Source: Octopus vulgaris (Eukaryota). From it: a DNA stretch of 64,000 nucleotides. Position 1 is the stretch's first letter; every line of letters begins with the position of its first letter. Position numbers and translations under genes: made by a program. The stretch covers positions 17,732,001 through 17,796,000 of the forward strand of contig OX597832.1 in NCBI GenBank assembly GCA_951406725.2, written 5' to 3'. Under the pieces are notes generated by a model, which had not been told where the DNA came from, made no database searches, and saw only the letters and a program-made list of their open reading frames with translations. Positions 57,860-64,000 of the stretch are shown piece after piece.

Positions 57860-58452
57860 TTCATGATGATAGCCGTCCAATCGTGACCGAAGAAGACCAT
57901 TGCTGACCTCCAGGAACATTGTGCACTCTAGGACTAACTTATATTTTCTATTTGTGGCTTCGTTAGTGGCTAATGAGCCCTGCTCTTGACAAGCATACAC
58001 GACTGAAAACATTGCAGACCAAGCTTTCCCCATTCACTACACCAGCAATGCGCTTTCGCACAGCATGATTAATTTCTTCAGGCTGAATACGAGCTCTCTC
58101 AAAAGTGTCGACCCCACTCTTAACCTACTTCCTCCATCTGAGACGATGACAGGCATTGGTCTCCCAGTTAGTCTCCTGCATATCACAGGCCTTTAATGAG
58201 GACTTAAATCGCAGCCTTGGTTTCTGCCGGGGTCTCTTTCCATTCACAAGTTCCCCGTATAGCATCTGCTTAGGGATCATGCTATCCTTCATCTTAATAA
58301 GATGTCCAGTCCAACGTAACCGCTGCTTGCGCACCATTGCCTCAATACTCAAGATATCAGCTGTCCTCAGGACCAGTGTGTCTGGAATTTTTAAGCTCCA
58401 GGCAACATTCAGAATGTGTCTGGGACATATCTGATGAAACCGTACAAAGACC
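57860..58452 (-). mobile_element. RTE (BovB-like) LINE 3' fragment
   Basis: RFHQICPRHILNVAW...SIEAMVRKQRLRWTGHLIKMKDSMIPKQMLYGELVNGKRPRQKPRLRFK...LKAC is typical of the RTE ORF C-terminus. 3' end tggtcttcttcggtcacgattggacggc(atc)n. Confidence 0.88.
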
Positions 58453-58453
58453 C

Positions 58454-58484
<31 letters not shown>

Positions 58485-59112
58485 AATACATACATATATA
58501 CATACATACATACATACATATATACATACATACATTCATACGTATATATAGAAGGATTTGAAACTGGTGTATATAAGTTTTAGAAATAGCAACCACATTT
58601 CTGTGGAAACATACTGAATGCGTAAGCAAGCTGATATCAGAGACTACGTTGAGTATCGTGATAAAAAATAAATACTTGACGTTTGAATATTTTCTGCCTA
58701 TGTCTATGGAGTTAACTGTTATGGTCATAAGCTTACATAAGAAGTGATAGATTCAGAAGACGCGACAATGAACACATCAATATCAACAAGACGAACATTT
58801 AATGAGATAAGAAGCTCTAAAGTGTTTGTGTCAATGTTATTATACCATAGTAATTGATTTTTGTTTTATTAAAAGAAATTACGATTTGTTGAATTGTGCA
58901 TAGGACAAGTACTCAATCAATCTGTCTTAATTATAACACTTTCTATGAAACAAGCATAGCTCCATTACTATAATATGTTTGATATCTTTTGTTTGTAAAT
59001 ATAAATATACATACATACATTCTTAAATACATACACAACACACACATACATATACATACACACACATATATATACATATATATCTGTACGTATATATATA
59101 TGTATACATATA

Positions 59113-59147
<35 letters not shown>

Positions 59148-59189
59148 ATGTGTTTGTGTATATATATAAATATATATGAAGTCCTCTGT

Positions 59190-59225
59190 TTTACTGATGA
59201 AGAGCTAAAGTTAAAACATCACACG
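59190..59225 (+). ncRNA. Decayed minimal hammerhead ribozyme motif (Penelope-type remnant)
   Basis: CTGATGA-a-gagc taaa gtt-AAAAC-ATC; same layout as 8966-8993 but GAAA is mutated to AAAA. Confidence 0.4.
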
Positions 59226-59399
59226 AAAAATAAATTTCATTACACTATTTCTCTTGGCATTTATAATTTATATACATATATATACCCGTACATACTTTGC
59301 TTTTCTATTTAAAATCTGGTACTTCTTCTATCGATGCGATTTGACGAACCTGTAATTCGCGGGGACCTAAAGAAATCAAGACCGGTTGTCAAACGGTGT

Positions 59400-60245
59400 T
59401 TTCGGTCTAAATTTGGCGATTTTTGACTCTCTTTTCAGGGAACGGCTTCATGTATTTGAGGACTGTGAACGGAGTCGGATAGCATAAAGATTAAAGTTAT
59501 AGTTAAAAAAAAGATTTAGCAGACATAGTGAACTCGATGCCATCTAATTACTGGAAAAGAGTTATCTGAGTCACGCGGGTATCAAAATATTGACACCATT
59601 CTGCTGCTCCATGCTCTATAGACACTGCAAAAAGTGTATGATGTGACTCAGACATCATAAAAACCAGGTTCCCTCAAACGTGATAGTCTTTGTAGGTGTG
59701 CAGTGAAGGTGGTGTCATGCTGTTGCACATCATTGAACCAGGTTTTAGGCTCAGTTCAGACGGCTATGTGAAGCTGCTGGAGGCTATGATCGAACCCTGA
59801 TAGGGCAAAGATGGCTTCTGGAAGACCATGTGTGGTAGCAGGATTCGGCTCCTAGACCTACCTTTAAAAATTGCTTTAAAAGTGATTGTCGGAAAATTTC
59901 TACATCTTCACTAGCCAAAAATTTTGGCTTCCTAATTCCAACGTTTGTAATTCCCTTGGATTAAGATGTGTGGACTGTGGTCGAGAAAGATATCAGTCTG
60001 TCTGCCGGAAGCACCACAGTCGATCCGGTGGCCAAGATCAAAGGATCTTTTAAAGATCTTCCTAGAAACACAATAAGGAACGCATGCACTAGGTTCCGGA
60101 ATCGTTTGAGAGTGTGGTTGAAGCTGGGGGCGGCTACATTGAGTAAACTGTTATGATCTGCTATAATTTTGTTGATAATATTGAAAGAGATGCGAGATTT
60201 TCTTTTCGTTTCATGTAACCTATTAAATTCAGCCCAAATCACCGT
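59400..60245 (+). mobile_element. Decayed maT/DD37D-like transposon nested in a family B SINE (SINE halves ~59310-59400 and ~60270-60420, minus strand)
   Basis: Frameshifted V.V...CSEGGVM, GFRLSSDGYVKLL, QDSAP, FWLPNS..CNSLD*DVWTVVEKD and ACTRFRNRL...EAGGGYIE*. Left boundary approximate. Confidence 0.75.
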
Positions 60246-61061
60246 ACTTATTTGTGTGCATGTATATAATTGAGACGGGCTTTCAGACAGTTTTCGTCAA
60301 GCAAATTTACCTTCAAAGCATTGATTGTTTCTTAGTGACAGCAGACGACACCCTTGCTCAAGGTGCTATACAGTGGGACTGAAGCCAAAACACGTAGTGA
60401 CAAAGTGAGCTTCTTGATCACGGTGATTAAGCAGATGAGAAATGATTAACCGTACTCTCACTCTCATAGACTAGACGCAAACATAAGAAATTATATCCCA
60501 CACGAGATCTGGTTCGTATTCATATCAATTACAAGGTAAACCTAACACAATATTGAATAATATTCTCTGACCATAATCGCATCTTAGCATCCGTAAAGCA
60601 TCTTCAGTCACACATTATGCATATATTATCTATTCAGTAAGAGCAAACACCATGAAAAGCTACAAATACACGCCTTGTAAACCTAATCACAAATCCAGGT
60701 AATTATTACCAAACAGTCTGCCCCAAGCAGCGTGGATCCTGAATTTACTAAGAAACAAGAAGAAAAATCTCAACACTCACTACATTTAAAGAAATTGTAA
60801 ATGCATTTCTTTTTTATTTCGAATATCATTGTTTGGGACAGTAAAATCACTAGACAGGAAGTCGACATGCCACCTGAGTAGATTAAATGCAACGTGACTT
60901 TGCGAGGTTTCAGATGTGATCTTTCGTTGCGTATTCAGTGTAGATCAAGATTATGGACTAAGCTTAGCTTAGTTAGGTAGGTTTATGTCTGTCTACGTAT
61001 ATATACACATACATCTACCAAACTATTTCTGTCTCTGGCAGACACTTGATATATATACATA

Positions 61062-61099
<38 letters not shown>

Positions 61100-61919
61100 T
61101 TATGTGTGTGCATGTGTGTGTGTGTGTTTGTGTGTACCTGTATACGTGTATAACTGTTGTGGTCTTTCCAGGTTTTATATGTATCAATTGCACGTTAATA
61201 GTCTCAATGTCACACTCACACACACAGATAGGCACACATACAAACAAATATATATACATATATATATAGAGAGAGAGATAGATTGATAGATAGAGAAATA
61301 AATAGTTAGATATACAGACAGAGGGGGCCTGCTTTCGTTCTCCTTCTCTTCCTCCCTCCGCAAACTCTCACTTTCTCTCTCTCTCCCTCTCTTTCACGCA
61401 CCTACACATACCAGTAGAACAATACGCACAAATTCCTGAAAATTCAAACACACAAGTACACACTTATAGCATTTCATAGATATATATTTTCCACTCTTGG
61501 ATTAGATGTCAGAACGTCTACATCAAATCCTCTGTCAGGCGTACACATATAACATTCCTGAGACAGAAAATAAATAAAGATATACTCTAAGAGAGGTCAC
61601 ATCTGTGCCCCACCAAAAATATTGTTGCTACTTTTCCCCAGTCTTCCACAGGTAAACCATGGATTTGATTAATAGACGAGACGGCACGTTTTTTTTTTTT
61701 TATCTTTGAACAAGTGACACTTTATTTCGTGTAGATCAATTTTGCTCAATGAATAAAGAGAACCAGCCGACTTCTGGTGCAACCCTTCCTCCCTGCAGCT
61801 GTTTCAACACTGATATTCAGCTCGTTAAATGGTACGATGATCGACAGGCTGTGGAGACGTGCAAGCGACAACACAGGAACTCAGAGCAATTAGGAACGCA
61901 TGGTACTCTTCGTGTTTTC

Positions 61920-62247
61920 AAATTTTGACACAAGGCCACCAATTTTAAGGCGGCGTTGGTAAGTGAATTACATCGACCCCAGTGCTCAACAGGTATTTAT
62001 TTTATCGACCCTGAAAGGAAGAAAGGGACTTCGATGGCATTTGGACTCAGAACATAAAGACAGACGAAATGCCGCTAATCATTTTGCCCGGCATACTAAT
62101 GATTATGTCAGCTCGCTGCTTCGAATCATGCTATTATTACTAAGTCATAAGTCGGCGAATTGGCAGAAGTGTTAGCACGCCGGACGAAATGCTTAGTGGT
62201 ATTTCGTCTGAGATCAAATTCCGCTGAGGTCGGCTTTGCCTTTCATT
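61920..62247. mobile_element. Two divergently oriented family A SINE copies (- 61920-62125, + 62150-62247)
   Basis: Family A cores on opposite strands. Confidence 0.7.
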
Positions 62248-62309
62248 AATACGGAGAAAAGTTGTCGTGAATTGGAAGCACTGCAAAAATACTTCGCAAA
62301 AAACTGCCA

Positions 62310-62500
62310 TCTATGGTCAGTTTCAAAATTGTGTTGGTCTTTACACGGCAATACAAAGCATATATATATTTCCATAGGCCACACAGTGCAATGACCTTGC
62401 TCCACCTCAATATCTCTTTCGATCGTTTCAATATAACTTGAATGTTCTGAAGAGGTTAAAAATACAGTTTTAAGAGTTTTTTTCTGGGAAACCTGAAGAA
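62310..62500 (-). mobile_element. Possible mariner transposase C-terminus and TIR remnant
   Basis: KEILRWSKVIALCG resembles the mariner end motif L..RW.K.I...G.Y, followed by acaattttgaaactgacc. Weak. Confidence 0.35.
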
Positions 62501-62695
62501 CTTTCACGCCCCGGAGATCAACAACTTGCTAAAGAGTCAGGGTTATAGAATCAGTAATAAACGGAAAAGTTATCTTGATTAATTGTGTTAATTAAGACCT
62601 TCTTTCTTTCCACTTTCGAAATATGATAGGGCTTTCTTTCCAAAATATTGTGCATACATACATAGATACATGCATGCATACATACATACATACAT

Positions 62696-62726
<31 letters not shown>

Positions 62727-63914
62727 TGTCTGTCAGTGTGTTTGTTTGCTTGTGTATGTGTGTGTGTGTGTGTATGTGTGTGTGTGTGTGTATGTGTGTG
62801 TACTTACGTGTTTGTCTCTCACCGCCTGATGACTCGTACTAATTTGTAGAACCTAGTGTTTCGACAAAGAAATAAGTTTAGAACATACATGCATACTAGG
62901 ATCGATCGAATCGAAAAGCTCGTTTTTAGATTGTGTCGTCATCATAGCCGCCGCTCGATGACTGAAACAAGTATAAGAATAACGGAGTAATACACTTATT
63001 TTCGTACAAAGCAAGGAATTGCGTTCGGTTGCTATGATTTAGCTGAATCCTGATAAATCAATGTTTCATAACTTTAACGACCCCGAAAGAATGAAATGCA
63101 CAGGAAGCCCAACAATATTTGTTGTGAAGCAACAAATAGAAGTAAATATATACTTTATGAAGGACTATATGCCTTAATTGGATGCTTAATTAATAATTTT
63201 TTCTGTTATTTGGAGGAAAGAAATGAAGCGAATGTTAATCTAGTCTCGTCAAGGAATTGATGAATATATTAATGTCGCCAATAAACACAGATACAGGAAG
63301 TTTATAATGAAAAAAAATCGATTTTGATATTTAACTAGAACATATTTTAACGATCACAGATTTGAGATCAATAACATATGTGCTAAGTAAGATATAAACC
63401 AATCTCAGTATTTGACTAGTACTTACTTTATCGATCTGGTAACCCTGAATATTAAGCTACCTAAATTCAGGAAGTAACTCGTACACAATTTATCCATCAA
63501 ATTGCAAACAGCTCTCTTCTATTAGTTAAGTAGTACCCAAAAATTAGCAATTAACCGGTTCATATTTTATGTTTCTAGGTATCTTGAGACCTCATCCTAA
63601 CCTCACTACTCAACTTGTACTTAATTCATAAGTATGTGTATTCGGCGGATGTATCCCAAATTTCCTATTTGTTTAGTACAAAATTTATTAATCAAAGAAC
63701 TTGATCTTCAATCTAGGATCAGTACGTACCTAGTATTAATTTGATTGCTCTCGGAATGCTTGAAAATATAGTTTACTGGAATAAAGATGATAATAGGGAA
63801 TTAGAATGATAATATGGAATTAAAAAGAAAATAGTTAATTAATTATTATCTATAATATCCAAAGTACCATCTGTTACAATGGTTTCTATGATCCGATGCG
63901 TATTTCTTTTTTTT

Positions 63915-64000
63915 CCTTTTCTTTTACTTGTTTCAGTCATTTGACTTCGGCCATGCTGGAGCACCGCCTTTATTCGAGCAAATCGACCCCGGGACTTATT
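63915..64000 (-). mobile_element. Family B SINE 3' end (continues past the window)
   Basis: cttttacttgtttcagtcatttgacttcggccatgctggagcaccgcc...aatcgacccc. Confidence 0.85.

Noticed and set aside
60841-60860. Partial antisense match to miR-7 (ctagtgatttt)
   Set aside because: The seed region does not match and there is no hairpin.

Overview
AT-rich, repeat-saturated eukaryotic DNA. The SINE repertoire and the density of (TA)n, (AAT)n, (TAGA)n and (CA)n tracts suggest a coleoid cephalopod, probably Octopus; this is inferred from recalled repeat families, not from a database search. I could not recognise any intact host protein-coding exon, tRNA or rRNA gene, so the window looks intergenic or intronic. 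Almost all ORFs in the supplied track are microsatellite read-throughs or SINE/transposon fragments. Supportable content: about four tRNA-derived SINE groups (dozens of copies, several with clear TSDs), two non-autonomous Helitrons with canonical termini, one full-length decayed Tc1 element, two maT/DD37D-like remnants and a possible mariner remnant, a piggyBac-type MITE, fragments of R4/Dong, RTE and L1/Tx1 LINEs, Penelope-type remnants with hammerhead-ribozyme motifs, and three long inverted repeats. I found no clearly new protein-based system. The best leads are modular head/tail shuffling among SINEs, SINE multimers with a fixed junction, a variant-core hammerhead, a ~430-bp fold-back element and a near-perfect inverted duplication around a (TA)n tract.
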